Part shown: piece after piece, positions 19,212 to 29,537 of the stretch
Numbering within the stretch: position 1 is the stretch's first letter
Layout of the letters: each line of letters starts with the position of its first letter
Assembly (NCBI GenBank): GCA_903891475.1
Contig: CAITEP010000015.1
Coordinates: 32,334-96,333, forward strand
Origin: an uncultured Mucilaginibacter sp.
GTDB lineage: Bacteria > Bacteroidota > Bacteroidia > Sphingobacteriales > Sphingobacteriaceae
Reading direction: 5' to 3'
DNA length: 64,000 nt
Notes under the pieces: generated by a model
The model's database searches: none
Seen by the model: only the letters and a program-made list of their open reading frames with translations
What the model was told of the DNA's origin: nothing
Program-made: the position numbers and the translations under genes

Positions 19212-19378
19212 CCAGGGCTTCCTTATTAAAATTTTTATACTCACCTATCAATATTAAGGCTTAATTCAACTGATTTTTGCTTTCCGTTTTTCTTCAACAT
19301 TACCTCAAATAAAAAATATTTTTTATCAATTTTTTAATTCGCATATTTATGCAAATTATATTCTAAAATTTATTAAAA

Positions 19379-20188
19379 ATGGGGAAAGTGATTCTTGTAA
19401 CCGGAGCATCATCCGGTATAGGCTTGGCGTGTGCAAATGCCTTAGTAGCCAAAGGACATATTGTTTATGGTTCGTCACGCAATTTAAATAAAATAAAGGC
19501 TGTTTCTTTTAAACCAATTGAATTGGATGTAACCGATGAAGATTCTGCAAAATCTGCCATCAACCATATTATAAATACTGAAGGAAGAATTGATGTTTTG
19601 GTAAACAATGCCGGTAATGGTGTTGCCGGACCAGCCTATGCTATGCCCAATGAATATGCCAAAAAACAATTTGAGGTTAACTTTTTTGGTGTAGTACGCA
19701 TGTGCAGCACTACGCTTCCACACATGATAGATAAAAACGAAGGCCTAATTGTTAATATTAGCTCTTTGGCCGGCCTTTTTGGGTTGCCTTATCAAAGTAT
19801 GTATTGCGCTTCAAAATTTGCTATTGAGGGCTATTCGCAAAGCTTACGAATGGAATTGAATAGCACAAAAATAAAAATAGCCTTGGTAAACCCCGGCGAT
19901 TTTAGATCGGACTTTACACAAAATCGAGAAAAAGTTCCGTTTACTATAAAAAATGAAAAACTAGCCTCAGAATTTAATGCTGCTGTAGCAGGAATGGAAA
20001 AAGATGAAAGTATTGGGTCTGATCCCGCTATTATTGGAAAAAAATTGTGTCAAATTGTAGAAACTGCAAATCCATCACAAAATTATTTGGTTGGTAAATT
20101 TGACCAAACAATGGTGCCCGGACTAAAAAAGATTTTGCCAAAATCAATCTTTATTAAATTAATGAACGATCACTACGGCATTAAATAA
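19379..20188 (+). CDS. SDR-family oxidoreductase
   Basis: TGASSGIG, NNAG and the catalytic YCASK. Confidence 0.9.
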   Translation: MGKVILVTGASSGIGLACANALVAKGHIVYGSSRNLNKIKAVSFKPIELDVTDEDSAKSAINHIINTEGRIDVLVNNAGNGVAGPAYAMPNEYAKKQFEVNFFGVVRMCSTTLPHMIDKNEGLIVNISSLAGLFGLPYQSMYCASKFAIEGYSQSLRMELNSTKIKIALVNPGDFRSDFTQNREKVPFTIKNEKLASEFNAAVAGMEKDESIGSDPAIIGKKLCQIVETANPSQNYLVGKFDQTMVPGLKKILPKSIFIKLMNDHYGIK

Positions 20189-20234
20189 TTTTCATAACTT
20201 TCTGAATCTAATTTTGTAACCAAATTATAAAACC

Positions 20235-21629
20235 ATGTCATCCAATCGCAGAAAATTCATTAAGCAACTGGGCAGTACCATCATGCTCACTTCCGCATCA
20301 TTAGCTAGTTTTGCTGAGGTAGAAGCATATGAAAAAAGAAAGCTTTTTGCTGAAAAAAGAATAAGTCCTTCTGATAAAATCAGGATAGCTACCATAGGCA
20401 TGGGCATTATGGGCTTTAATGATACCCGAGCTGCATTAGCCGCGCCCGGGGTAGAATTAGTAGCGGTTTGTGATTTGTATCAAGGTAGATTACAAAGAGC
20501 TAAAGAGGTTTTTGGAATTGGTATTTTCACTACCAATGATTATAAGGAAATTCTTGCCCGTAAAGATATTGATGCGGTAATAGTAGCAACAAGCGACAAT
20601 TGGCATAGCCAAATTTCGATTGAAGCCATGCGTAAAGGGAAAGCCGTTTATAGCGAGAAACCTATGGTACAATCAATAAGCGAAGGTTTAGAAGAAATTT
20701 GGGTACAAAAAGAAACAAAAGCCGTATTTCAGGTTGGCAGCCAGCGCATTAGTAGTATAGCCTTTAAAAAAGCAAAAGAACTATATCAAGCCGGTGCAAT
20801 TGGACAAATCAATTCTGTGGAAGCGGCATTTAACCGTCAGGATGCCTTGGGGGCGTGGCAATATACCATTCCTTTGGATGCCTCAACGCAAACTGTATGG
20901 TGGGATCGTTTCCAGGGAAAGGAAAAGTTAAAATTGGCTTACGAAAGCAACCGGTTTTTTAGATGGAGAAATTATAAAGAGTATGGAACCGGGGTAGCAG
21001 GCGATTTGTTTGTTCATCTATTAACCGGCATACACTTTATTACCAATTCAAGAGGCCCGGATAAAATTTATGCCATTGGCGGCACCTATTATTGGAAAGA
21101 TGGTCGTAATGTACCAGATGTAATGAGTGCCGTAATCAATTATCCTGAAACACCTGAACATGCTCCTTTTCAAGCAACCTTAAGGGTAAATTTTATTAGC
21201 GGAGAAGGAGACAGAACAGTTACAAAAATTATTGGCTCAGAAGGTGTAATAGAACTTTCTGGTGAAGGTGAAGGATTTACCATTCGTAAAAATAAATTAC
21301 CAGCCGCACCGGGAATTGGTGGTTGGGACTCATTCTCCACTTACCCGGAAGATATGCAAAAGGCATTGATGGATGATTATAACAAAAAATATTCGGCAGC
21401 CGATCAACAAAGAGTACAACTACCCGGTGTAACTTTTGAAGCACCTGCTGACTATAGTGCTCATAATGAGCATTTAGCTAATTTTTTTGACGCTATAAGA
21501 ACCAAGAAACCAGTAGTTGAAGATGCAGAATTTGGTTTCAGAGCAGCGGCTCCTGCCTTAGCTTGTAATGATAGCTATTTTCAAAATAAGGTAATAAACT
21601 GGGATGCTAATCAAATGAAGCTTAAATAA
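20235..21629 (+). CDS. Gfo/Idh/MocA-family oxidoreductase with twin-arginine signal
   Basis: SNRRKFIKQLG Tat motif, followed by a Rossmann segment IRIATIGMGIMG. Confidence 0.85.
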   Translation: MSSNRRKFIKQLGSTIMLTSASLASFAEVEAYEKRKLFAEKRISPSDKIRIATIGMGIMGFNDTRAALAAPGVELVAVCDLYQGRLQRAKEVFGIGIFTTNDYKEILARKDIDAVIVATSDNWHSQISIEAMRKGKAVYSEKPMVQSISEGLEEIWVQKETKAVFQVGSQRISSIAFKKAKELYQAGAIGQINSVEAAFNRQDALGAWQYTIPLDASTQTVWWDRFQGKEKLKLAYESNRFFRWRNYKEYGTGVAGDLFVHLLTGIHFITNSRGPDKIYAIGGTYYWKDGRNVPDVMSAVINYPETPEHAPFQATLRVNFISGEGDRTVTKIIGSEGVIELSGEGEGFTIRKNKLPAAPGIGGWDSFSTYPEDMQKALMDDYNKKYSAADQQRVQLPGVTFEAPADYSAHNEHLANFFDAIRTKKPVVEDAEFGFRAAAPALACNDSYFQNKVINWDANQMKLK

Positions 21630-21879
21630 TTATAGAGTTAAAACCAACTTTATTATACTTTTAACTTAATTGAATTAACAAAACTGCATTTTATTTAATG
21701 TTGTTTTTTGGTAATAATTTATACCTTAAAGGTTTTATTACGGCAAAAAACATTCAATCTTAAGGATTTTAATTACGAATTATTATATTTGATATAAACC
21801 AAATTATTAAATCTAATTTCCTGTTTTCATATTTTATGTAATGGGTTTTTGCATCTTTTATTAAATCTCCCATAATGGT

Positions 21880-22923
21880 ATGTTAAAAAAAACAACGATT
21901 GGATTGTTATTGGGCATATTTTTTTTAATATCCTGCTCAAAAAGCAATGAACATGGTAAAGTTATCACATTTGCCGGAGGAGGGCAGATGGGAAAAATTG
22001 ATGGCGAAAGTGATAAGGCTTCATTCGCCAACCCTATCGGTATTACTACTGATAAAGATGGAAATTTGATTGTTGCCGATGCATTAAATAACCTAATTAG
22101 GAAAGTTTCGAAAGATGGATTTGTATCTACACTTGCCGGTAATGGTGAACAAGGGAGGCAGGACGGAAAAGCTTTAGCCTCCGCATTTTTTTATCCGTCA
22201 GCAATTGCTAGCGATTATAAAGGCAATATATATATAGCCGACACTCATAATAATCTGATCAGAAAAATTAGCAGCAATGGTAATGTTACTACTTTATTAG
22301 GTATAAATGAAAAATATGAAGAATATGGTGGCAGGTTCCCCTTACTTGATTACCCATCAGGAATTGTGGTGGATAAGGTTGGGAATATTTATATAGCAGA
22401 CAGCTTCCACAATAAAATAAGGAAATTAGATATAAACGGAGTTATAAGTGTTATTGCAGGAAATGGCAACGCGGGAAATGAAGATGGTAAAGGCAAATCC
22501 GCATCGTTTTATATACCTGAAGGCCTGGCATTTGATAGCAAGGGTAATTTATTTGTTGCCGATACCTTTAATAACATGATAAGGAAAATTAGTGCGGATG
22601 GAAAAGTTTCAACCTTTGCCGGACAAAAGAGAAAAGGTATGATTGATGGTTCGGGGAAAACTGCAGCCTTTATTCACCCTACTAATTTGGTAATTGATAA
22701 AAATGATAATATATATGTTACTGATAGTGGCAACCAAATAATTAGAAAAATAACCCCCGAAGGAATGGTTTCAACTTTGGCCGGCAGTCATAAAAGAGGA
22801 TCGAATAATGGTGATTTAAAAACCGCATCTTTTTTTAAGCCAATGGGTATTGCTATTAATTCAATCGGGAGTTTATATGTCACAGATTTTGAAAATAATT
22901 GTGTTCGGAAAATAACGCTTTAA
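21880..22923 (+). CDS. NHL-repeat (six-bladed beta-propeller) lipoprotein
   Basis: Lipobox LISCS, then six repeats of the type P.GI..D..GN.Y.AD..NN.IRKI...G.V.T.AG. Confidence 0.8.
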   Translation: MLKKTTIGLLLGIFFLISCSKSNEHGKVITFAGGGQMGKIDGESDKASFANPIGITTDKDGNLIVADALNNLIRKVSKDGFVSTLAGNGEQGRQDGKALASAFFYPSAIASDYKGNIYIADTHNNLIRKISSNGNVTTLLGINEKYEEYGGRFPLLDYPSGIVVDKVGNIYIADSFHNKIRKLDINGVISVIAGNGNAGNEDGKGKSASFYIPEGLAFDSKGNLFVADTFNNMIRKISADGKVSTFAGQKRKGMIDGSGKTAAFIHPTNLVIDKNDNIYVTDSGNQIIRKITPEGMVSTLAGSHKRGSNNGDLKTASFFKPMGIAINSIGSLYVTDFENNCVRKITL

Positions 22924-22928
22924 AGATT

Positions 22929-24659
22929 ATGAAAAGATACATCAGTTTGATTGGTTCGGTAATGTTCTTTTGCTTGGCTTGTAAAAAAACGCCATCGCTA
23001 ACAAACATTATAAGTACCGATACAACAAATTATAATGTTGGGGTAACTTATAACCCTAAAACTCCTAATACCCAACATATTTCTGTACCCACCCAGCATA
23101 ATGATAATACCAGAGCGGGTTTAAATAACCAGGAAACAGTATTAACAACCTCAAATGTAAACAGCAAGACGTTTGGCAAATTATTTAAGATGGTGGTGGA
23201 TGATGAAGTATATGCCCAACCACTTGTTGTAGGGAATTTAAATATAGCCTCTGGTAAGCATAATGTAGTATTTATTGCCACTGTTAACAATACTGTTTAC
23301 GCCTATGACGGTGATACAGGAACTTTATATTGGAAACAAAACTTTACAGCATCAGGTATGAGAGCGCCAAATTCGAAGGATATGGCTTCATCTTGGTGCG
23401 CTCCATATACAAACATTACCTATAATATAGGTATAATAGGCACGCCAGTAATTGATACTATTGCAAAAACCTTATATTTTGTAGCGAGAAGTACCGACGG
23501 TAGTAATTTTGTTCAGTACCTGCACGCGGTAAATTTAATTACCGGAACTGATATAAGCGGCAGTCCGGTTAAGATTGACGCGACAGTGAATGGTACCGGA
23601 GATGGATCACAAAGCGGTGTTTTAAAGTTTGATCCTTTACATAATAACCAAAGACAAGGATTAGTACTTGTAAATGGCATAGTTTATGTATCATTCGCCT
23701 CGCATTGCGATTGGAATCCTTACCATGGCTGGATTTTAGGTTATAACGCTCAAACACTACAACAACAAATTGTTTATAATGATACCCCAAATGGCGAAGA
23801 GGGCGGCCTATGGGAAAGCGGAATGGGCATAGCGGCCGATATCCAAGGCAGTTTGTATGTAGTATCAGGTAACGGAACAGTTGGAAAACCAACAACCTAT
23901 AAACCAATAGCAAATGGTACGGCAGAAACCATAACAAGCACTAACCCATATGATTTAACCAACCGAGCAGAAAGTGCGATGAAATTAACACCTAATGGAT
24001 CAACACTACAGGTTAGCAGCTATTTTACACCTACAAATTATTTAGATTTAAATGTAAATGATCTTGATTTTGGCGTAATGGGAACCTTACTAATTCCTAA
24101 TTCAAATTTTTACTTTACTGGTTGTAAGGATGGCAATTTATACTTGGTAAATAAAGACAATATGGGTGGGTATTCCTACTCTTTCAATACGGTTCAACAA
24201 ACAATACCCATTAATCAAAATATGCATTGTCAACCTGCATATTACGGGGGTGGGAGTAAAGAATTTGTTTACGTTTGGGCCGAAAATGATGTTTTGCGGG
24301 CTTTGCCATTTAATAGAACTAACAATAAATTCGACAGCCAACAAATTACATCATCATTGCCAGGACCTTCCGGACAATCGGGGGCAGTTTTATCAGTATC
24401 ATCTAATGGCAATACTAGCGGGACGGGAATATTATGGGCTAGTTATGCATCTTATGGGGATGCTGAAAATATTTCCTCCGTTGGAATTTTAAGGGCATTT
24501 GATGCCAATGATGTTACAAAAGAATTATGGAACAGCGAAATAAACGGGCGAACAGATGCGGTTGGGTACTTTGCAAAATTTTGCCCGCCAACAATTGCAA
24601 ACGGCCATGTTTACCTCGCTACTTTTTCTAAAGAGGTATTAGTTTACGGATTAAAATAA
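22929..24659 (+). CDS. PQQ-like beta-propeller repeat lipoprotein
   Basis: Lipobox FCLACKK and segments such as VYAYDGDTGTLYWK. I prefer the ATG at 22929. The gene starts 5 nt after the NHL gene. Confidence 0.65.
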   Translation: MKRYISLIGSVMFFCLACKKTPSLTNIISTDTTNYNVGVTYNPKTPNTQHISVPTQHNDNTRAGLNNQETVLTTSNVNSKTFGKLFKMVVDDEVYAQPLVVGNLNIASGKHNVVFIATVNNTVYAYDGDTGTLYWKQNFTASGMRAPNSKDMASSWCAPYTNITYNIGIIGTPVIDTIAKTLYFVARSTDGSNFVQYLHAVNLITGTDISGSPVKIDATVNGTGDGSQSGVLKFDPLHNNQRQGLVLVNGIVYVSFASHCDWNPYHGWILGYNAQTLQQQIVYNDTPNGEEGGLWESGMGIAADIQGSLYVVSGNGTVGKPTTYKPIANGTAETITSTNPYDLTNRAESAMKLTPNGSTLQVSSYFTPTNYLDLNVNDLDFGVMGTLLIPNSNFYFTGCKDGNLYLVNKDNMGGYSYSFNTVQQTIPINQNMHCQPAYYGGGSKEFVYVWAENDVLRALPFNRTNNKFDSQQITSSLPGPSGQSGAVLSVSSNGNTSGTGILWASYASYGDAENISSVGILRAFDANDVTKELWNSEINGRTDAVGYFAKFCPPTIANGHVYLATFSKEVLVYGLK

Positions 24660-24664
24660 ATAAG

Positions 24665-24696
24665 AATTCCTTAGGATAATTTCATCCTAAGGAATT
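24665..24696. terminator. hairpin between convergent genes
   Basis: 13-bp perfect stem aattccttaggat/atcctaaggaatt with a 6-nt loop. The flanking U-runs are weak. Confidence 0.45.
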
Positions 24697-24735
24697 AATA
24701 AAAATTGGTTCTTTAAACCTACTTATTAGGCTAGT

Positions 24736-26139
24736 TTATATATGAATAGCTCTGTTTTCGGTAGCCGCCAAACAGGCTTCACGTATGGCTTCTGTATAGG
24801 TTGGATGGGCATGACTTATCCGGGCAATATCCTCAGCTGATGCCCTATATTCCATTGCTACCACCGCTTCGGCAATCATATCAGCCGCACGCGGGCCAAT
24901 CATGTGTACGCCTAATATTTCATCTGTAGCAGCATCAGCTAAAACTTTTACAAAACCGTCGGTATCCATACTTGCCCGTGCACGACCGCTGGCCTTGAAT
25001 GGGAAAGAACCGACTTTATATTTTATTCCCTTTTCCTTTAGTTGCTCCTCTGTTTGTCCAACAGCCGCCACTTCCGGCCAGGTATAAACCACACCCGGAA
25101 TAAGGTTATAATCAATATGTGGTTTTTGTCCGGCAATAATTTCCGCCACAAAAGTCCCTTCATCTTCTGCTTTGTGAGCCAGCATGGCGCCTTTTACCAC
25201 ATCGCCAATTGCATAAACACCTTTCACACTGGTTTCCAGGTGATTATCAACGGTAATTTTACGACCTCTTTCTTCAACAGTAATACCTATGTTTTCTAAA
25301 CCCAATCCATCGGTATAAGCAACCCTGCCTACAGCAACCAGGCAATAATCGCCTTTCAATTCTTTCTTTTCACCTTTTGGATCATCAAAAGTAACTGTAA
25401 CTTCTTTACCTTTTACGGTGGCTCCGGTAACTTTATGCCCAAGGTAAAATTCCATGCCTAATTTCTGCAATACCTTTTGTAATTCTTTACCTAGGCTTTT
25501 ATCCATAGTAGGGATAATGGAATCCATAAATTCAATTACAGAAACTTTGGAACCTAAACGTGCATATACGGAGCCTAATTCTAAGCCAATAACACCACCA
25601 CCGATTAAAATAAGGTGTTTAGGCACTTCGGTAAGCTTCAAAGCCTCGGTTGAGGTAATGATGCGTTTTTTGTCGGTCTTAATGAATGGCAAAGCCGATG
25701 GTTTTGAGCCGGTGGCAATAATGATATTTTTACCCGTAATTTCGGTTACACTGCCATCCGTTTTTTTTATGCTGATGGTGTTTTTATCCTTAAATGAACC
25801 GATCCCCTGAAAGGAATCAATCTTATTTTTTTTGAATAAAAAACTAATGCCTCCGGTAGTTTGGTCAACCACTTCGGTTTTACGCTTTACCATTTGGGTA
25901 AAATCAATTTTTAGGTTATCTAAATTGATGCCATGCGTTTTAAAGGTATGTGCGGCATTATAATAGTGTTCTGACGAGTCGAGCAAGGCCTTTGAAGGGA
26001 TACAGCCAACATTAAGGCAAGTTCCGCCAAAGGTGGCATATTTTTCAATACAAGCGGTTTTTAAACCTAACTGGGCACAACGTATAGCGGCTACATAACC
26101 ACCAGGGCCCGAGCCGATAACGATAACATCATATTGCAT
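24736..26139 (-). CDS. lpdA: dihydrolipoyl dehydrogenase
   Basis: 467-aa ORF with FAD motif GSGPGGY, redox-active GGTCLNVGCIPSK and C-terminal HAHPTYTE. Confidence 0.95.
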   Translation of the reverse strand: MQYDVIVIGSGPGGYVAAIRCAQLGLKTACIEKYATFGGTCLNVGCIPSKALLDSSEHYYNAAHTFKTHGINLDNLKIDFTQMVKRKTEVVDQTTGGISFLFKKNKIDSFQGIGSFKDKNTISIKKTDGSVTEITGKNIIIATGSKPSALPFIKTDKKRIITSTEALKLTEVPKHLILIGGGVIGLELGSVYARLGSKVSVIEFMDSIIPTMDKSLGKELQKVLQKLGMEFYLGHKVTGATVKGKEVTVTFDDPKGEKKELKGDYCLVAVGRVAYTDGLGLENIGITVEERGRKITVDNHLETSVKGVYAIGDVVKGAMLAHKAEDEGTFVAEIIAGQKPHIDYNLIPGVVYTWPEVAAVGQTEEQLKEKGIKYKVGSFPFKASGRARASMDTDGFVKVLADAATDEILGVHMIGPRAADMIAEAVVAMEYRASAEDIARISHAHPTYTEAIREACLAATENRAIHI

Positions 26140-26249
26140 AAGCTAAATAATTTTTTCGGGCGCAATTTAAACAATATTAAAAGGCTAATAAATAGTATTT
26201 TAATTTATCTGTCAAAAAGCTTACCAATTATGAAACACAAGCATGAAGA

Positions 26250-27176
26250 CTATTGTTCGCTAATTTGCTTTATATGCTCCATCACCCGTAAGTGTACATT
26301 GCGGACGATGCTTTGCGTCCATAAATCATAGTACCAAGCCGGGAAAACATAAAGCCGGTACCAACTATTACCGATGAGTGTGGTGGTGCCATCTTTGTTA
26401 TCCTTCAATACAAACTCACCTTTGAGCAAATCAAGATGTTGCATAATTTCGGGGTCGTGTGGTTGGTTGATGATGTCAAATACCAAATCGTGCGCTGGTT
26501 TAAAGGTGGAGATTTTTTCGCCAAATACATAGCCATTGCTAAATATGCATTTGCGGCTTGCACCTACATAATAGCCATCAACTGTTGTTTCCATTGGGCG
26601 GGGTAAGCCTATATCAAACAGCCAAAAATTGCTGGGTTGTTTTATTCTTTTAAAGGCAACCACATTTTCCCAAACCTTGGCAGGTGACGCTTTGACTATC
26701 ATGGTATCAGAAACCACATTTTCATATTCATGTTTTGAATAGGCATCGATTAGAAAAATAAAAGCTAATACTGAAAAAATACTAAAGTTTAATTTTGAAT
26801 TTTTTCTTTGAAACATCCATTTACCAACATAAGTCCCAATTACAATAAAAGTACATAATAATGGAGAAACAATAATTAAGCAAATAATTCCTTCATGTAA
26901 AAAAACAGCACTCAAACAAATTGCAATGAATAGGTTTATTAAGGAGGCTCCTACAATAAGATATCCAGATAGTATAAGTTTTCGCCAAAACCAGGCACTA
27001 ATTATTCCAATTAAAATGGGTATGATGATAAATTCTGAAAGGATAATGTTTGGAGAGTTGCTAGAATGAAGAAAATACTCAGTCTCTCCAACATATTTTG
27101 AAATACACATGATGGAAAATCCAACAAAATTGGAAACGGCATAGCCTAGAATTCTTTGTTTTTGTTCAGTCTTCAT
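26250..27176 (-). CDS. membrane-anchored SRPBCC (START/polyketide-cyclase-like) domain protein
   Basis: 308-aa ORF. It has about 4 N-terminal TM helices, then an SRPBCC-type segment VKASPAKVWENVVAF. Confidence 0.6.
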   Translation of the reverse strand: MKTEQKQRILGYAVSNFVGFSIMCISKYVGETEYFLHSSNSPNIILSEFIIIPILIGIISAWFWRKLILSGYLIVGASLINLFIAICLSAVFLHEGIICLIIVSPLLCTFIVIGTYVGKWMFQRKNSKLNFSIFSVLAFIFLIDAYSKHEYENVVSDTMIVKASPAKVWENVVAFKRIKQPSNFWLFDIGLPRPMETTVDGYYVGASRKCIFSNGYVFGEKISTFKPAHDLVFDIINQPHDPEIMQHLDLLKGEFVLKDNKDGTTTLIGNSWYRLYVFPAWYYDLWTQSIVRNVHLRVMEHIKQISEQ

Positions 27177-27186
27177 TTTTTTAATT

Positions 27187-28131
27187 TTAATTGTGATAAG
27201 GTTTAGGTTTATTAGTTTTCAAAATATTGTAAATGGCCGGAGCCAAATCATTAAAGCTAAATTTAAAACCTGAAGATAACAGCTTTGCTGGCAATACCCA
27301 TCTGCTTTTTAAAATCAGTTCGGTTTCGGTACCAATCATTACCGCCCCCAATGTAAGCAACCATGTAGGTGCCGGCAACCCGAATGGTACTCCTGTCAGC
27401 TTTCTTAAAATATGCATAAAGGCACTATTTTTTTTGGGTGATGGCGAGCTGCAATTAAAAGTTCCTTCTAATTCTGGCTTATCAAAAAGCCATTCGGTGC
27501 TACGGGCAACATCCAACTCATGTACCCATGATATATATTGTTCGCCATTGCCTTGTTTGCCTCCCATGCCCAACTTGGTTAAATTGAGTAAACGTGGAAA
27601 CACACCATCCTCCTTGCCCAATACAATGGCCATACGTAAATTTATTTTACGGGTTTTTGGGGTTTGGTATTGATTAAAAGCATTTTCCCAAGCCTTACAA
27701 ATATCAACCGAAAAGCCACCACCTATTTCACCAGTTTGTTCATCCTGCGGATGGTCTTCCGAATGCCTGTAAATAGTAGCCGATGTAATATTGATCCAAA
27801 GTTTAGGAGGTTCAAACAAGCCGCTAATTACTTCGCCCAATAAAAGCGTGGGCACTACCCGGGAATCCAAAATTTCTTTCTTGTTTTTGTCATTATAGCG
27901 GCAGTTTACATTTTTGCCACATAAATTGATTAGTATATCCGCATTTACCAATTCGGCTGCCCATTTACCCCTAGTTTTAGCATCCCAAACAACGGTTCGT
28001 ATGTTATTTTCGGTTTCTTTTTGGGTTCTACTTAAAATAACTACTTCCTGTGCTTTTTCGCTATAATAATTGGCCAAAACCCTACCCAAGTAGCCGCTAC
28101 CTCCTGCTAGTACTATCTTTTTAAATTTCAT
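27187..28131 (-). CDS. TIGR01777-type (YfcH-like, DUF1731) NAD-dependent epimerase-family protein
   Basis: N-terminal Rossmann LAGGSGYLG and a 314-aa length typical of this family. Confidence 0.75.
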   Translation of the reverse strand: MKFKKIVLAGGSGYLGRVLANYYSEKAQEVVILSRTQKETENNIRTVVWDAKTRGKWAAELVNADILINLCGKNVNCRYNDKNKKEILDSRVVPTLLLGEVISGLFEPPKLWINITSATIYRHSEDHPQDEQTGEIGGGFSVDICKAWENAFNQYQTPKTRKINLRMAIVLGKEDGVFPRLLNLTKLGMGGKQGNGEQYISWVHELDVARSTEWLFDKPELEGTFNCSSPSPKKNSAFMHILRKLTGVPFGLPAPTWLLTLGAVMIGTETELILKSRWVLPAKLLSSGFKFSFNDLAPAIYNILKTNKPKPYHN

Positions 28132-28167
28132 AACAATGGTTTTTGGTTTGAATTTTTATTCAGGTAC

Positions 28168-28989
28168 TTAAAAATTGTAAATCAGCATCAACAAAAACAA
28201 TCTATATAGTGCCCAGGTTATGGTCATTACCCAGCCAAGGCTTAAGAGTTTGCTCCTGCGTATATGTTCTAAAAACATTAAATCGGCCACTACAATAAAG
28301 TAGATGGTATAGGCAAGGGCGGTAAAATGCAGGTATTGCCCAAACATGAGTGGTAAGGTAAGAAGCAAACTACCGGCAAATGAGATGGTCATGAGGTTAC
28401 CCAGGTATTCCCAGGTTAAGGGCTTTTTATAAAACCGGATAATGATTGCCTGAAAAAAAATTTGACCACCACAAATAAAATATTCACGCAAAGAATTACC
28501 AACCGGAACCATGCCTGCTAGGTGTTGGGCATAATTTGTTAAAATAAAACCAGTGAAAAACCAGGTAAATATTAAATAAGCAATACGGTACTGTAATTTA
28601 AAGCTAGGCTGAAAACTAAAGCTGTTACCCACCTTACCTACCGGAATAATTACCCGGCGGTTGTAGGATATGAAAGCGTAAACCTTGGTCATGAACCAGG
28701 CAAAGGGTGAAAATGAAAACAGCGGAGCAAAAACCGGACAAGCATTACCAATTATTTTAAACAGACTGTTTATCCCATAGGTAACTTCGCCATTTTGGGT
28801 ATTTATAAGGGCTATTTCGTTTACGGCACGTTGTTTATCAATAACTGGACAAAAGTTATCCATAGCGTTTTGATAAGGCGCACGACCATCACGATCGAGC
28901 ATGCTGGTTTTTACAAAGGCCATGGTATAAGTTTTGCACATTGGGCATTCATTATCGTATAATACCAGGTGATTTTTTAAAGTTTTCAT
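28168..28989 (-). CDS. DCC-family (DUF393) thiol-disulfide oxidoreductase fused to a polytopic membrane domain
   Basis: N-terminal YDNECPMC motif, followed by about 5-6 hydrophobic helices. Confidence 0.6.
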   Translation of the reverse strand: MKTLKNHLVLYDNECPMCKTYTMAFVKTSMLDRDGRAPYQNAMDNFCPVIDKQRAVNEIALINTQNGEVTYGINSLFKIIGNACPVFAPLFSFSPFAWFMTKVYAFISYNRRVIIPVGKVGNSFSFQPSFKLQYRIAYLIFTWFFTGFILTNYAQHLAGMVPVGNSLREYFICGGQIFFQAIIIRFYKKPLTWEYLGNLMTISFAGSLLLTLPLMFGQYLHFTALAYTIYFIVVADLMFLEHIRRSKLLSLGWVMTITWALYRLFLLMLIYNF

Positions 28990-29030
28990 ATTTTCAGTAA
29001 TTTATGAAAGTTTGTGATAAAAAAATTTTG

Positions 29031-29537
29031 TTACTTAAATATTTTAAAAATAGAGCCCCAAAACCAGCTTTCTTCCGCGTTTAACACGGTTACAAAAAGC
29101 TTATCGACATTGGCGGCCAATTTATTAATGTCCTTTACTGTTTTGTGGAAGGTTTTATAAGCCGGGTCTTTGGAGTCGCCGTCCACTTTGGTTAACTCGT
29201 TTAATACTTTTATAACTGGCTCCAATTCACGTTTTCTACGTTCACGAGCTACCTGCCGGGCTATGTTCCAAGTATTTTTATCGGCATAAAAGTATTCTTT
29301 ACGTTCGCCGGGCTTTAATTGCTTTTCAACCAGTCCCCAGTTTATCAAATCCCTAATAGTCATATTAGCATTACCGCGCGATATGCTCAATTGCTCCATA
29401 ATTTCCTCGGTTGATATTGGCTCAGGAGTTATTAACAACAAGGCATGCACCTGTGCCATGGTACGGTTTATGCCCCACTCCGATCCTAGTTTACCCCAGG
29501 CTTGTATAAATTGCAATTTCGCTTCTTCTAAATCCAC
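29031..29537 (-). CDS. GbsR/MarR-type winged-helix transcriptional regulator
   Basis: 168-aa ORF. The N-terminus FIQAWGKLGSEWGINRTMAQVHALLL...ISRGNANMTIRDLINWGLV is typical of GbsR-like regulators. Confidence 0.7.
   Translation of the reverse strand: MDLEEAKLQFIQAWGKLGSEWGINRTMAQVHALLLITPEPISTEEIMEQLSISRGNANMTIRDLINWGLVEKQLKPGERKEYFYADKNTWNIARQVARERRKRELEPVIKVLNELTKVDGDSKDPAYKTFHKTVKDINKLAANVDKLFVTVLNAEESWFWGSIFKIFK

Noticed and set aside
21783-21790. TATATTTG matches to the Bacteroidota -7 promoter consensus (also 56131-56138) as promoter calls
   Set aside because: The -7-like octamers are present at plausible distances upstream of the genes at 21880 and 56220. I could not find a properly spaced -33 TTTG element, and such A/T-rich octamers occur by chance in these spacers. 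They are not reported as features.
22899-22928. Upstream in-frame starts proposed by the ORF track (also 9857, 12311, 31984, 45123, 46063, 48008, 56208)
   Set aside because: The extensions overlap the preceding gene or add non-conserved residues ahead of an obvious signal peptide or N-terminal motif. Internal ATG starts (22929, 9884, 12341, 31990, 45069, 46111, 48041, 56220) give canonical N-termini.
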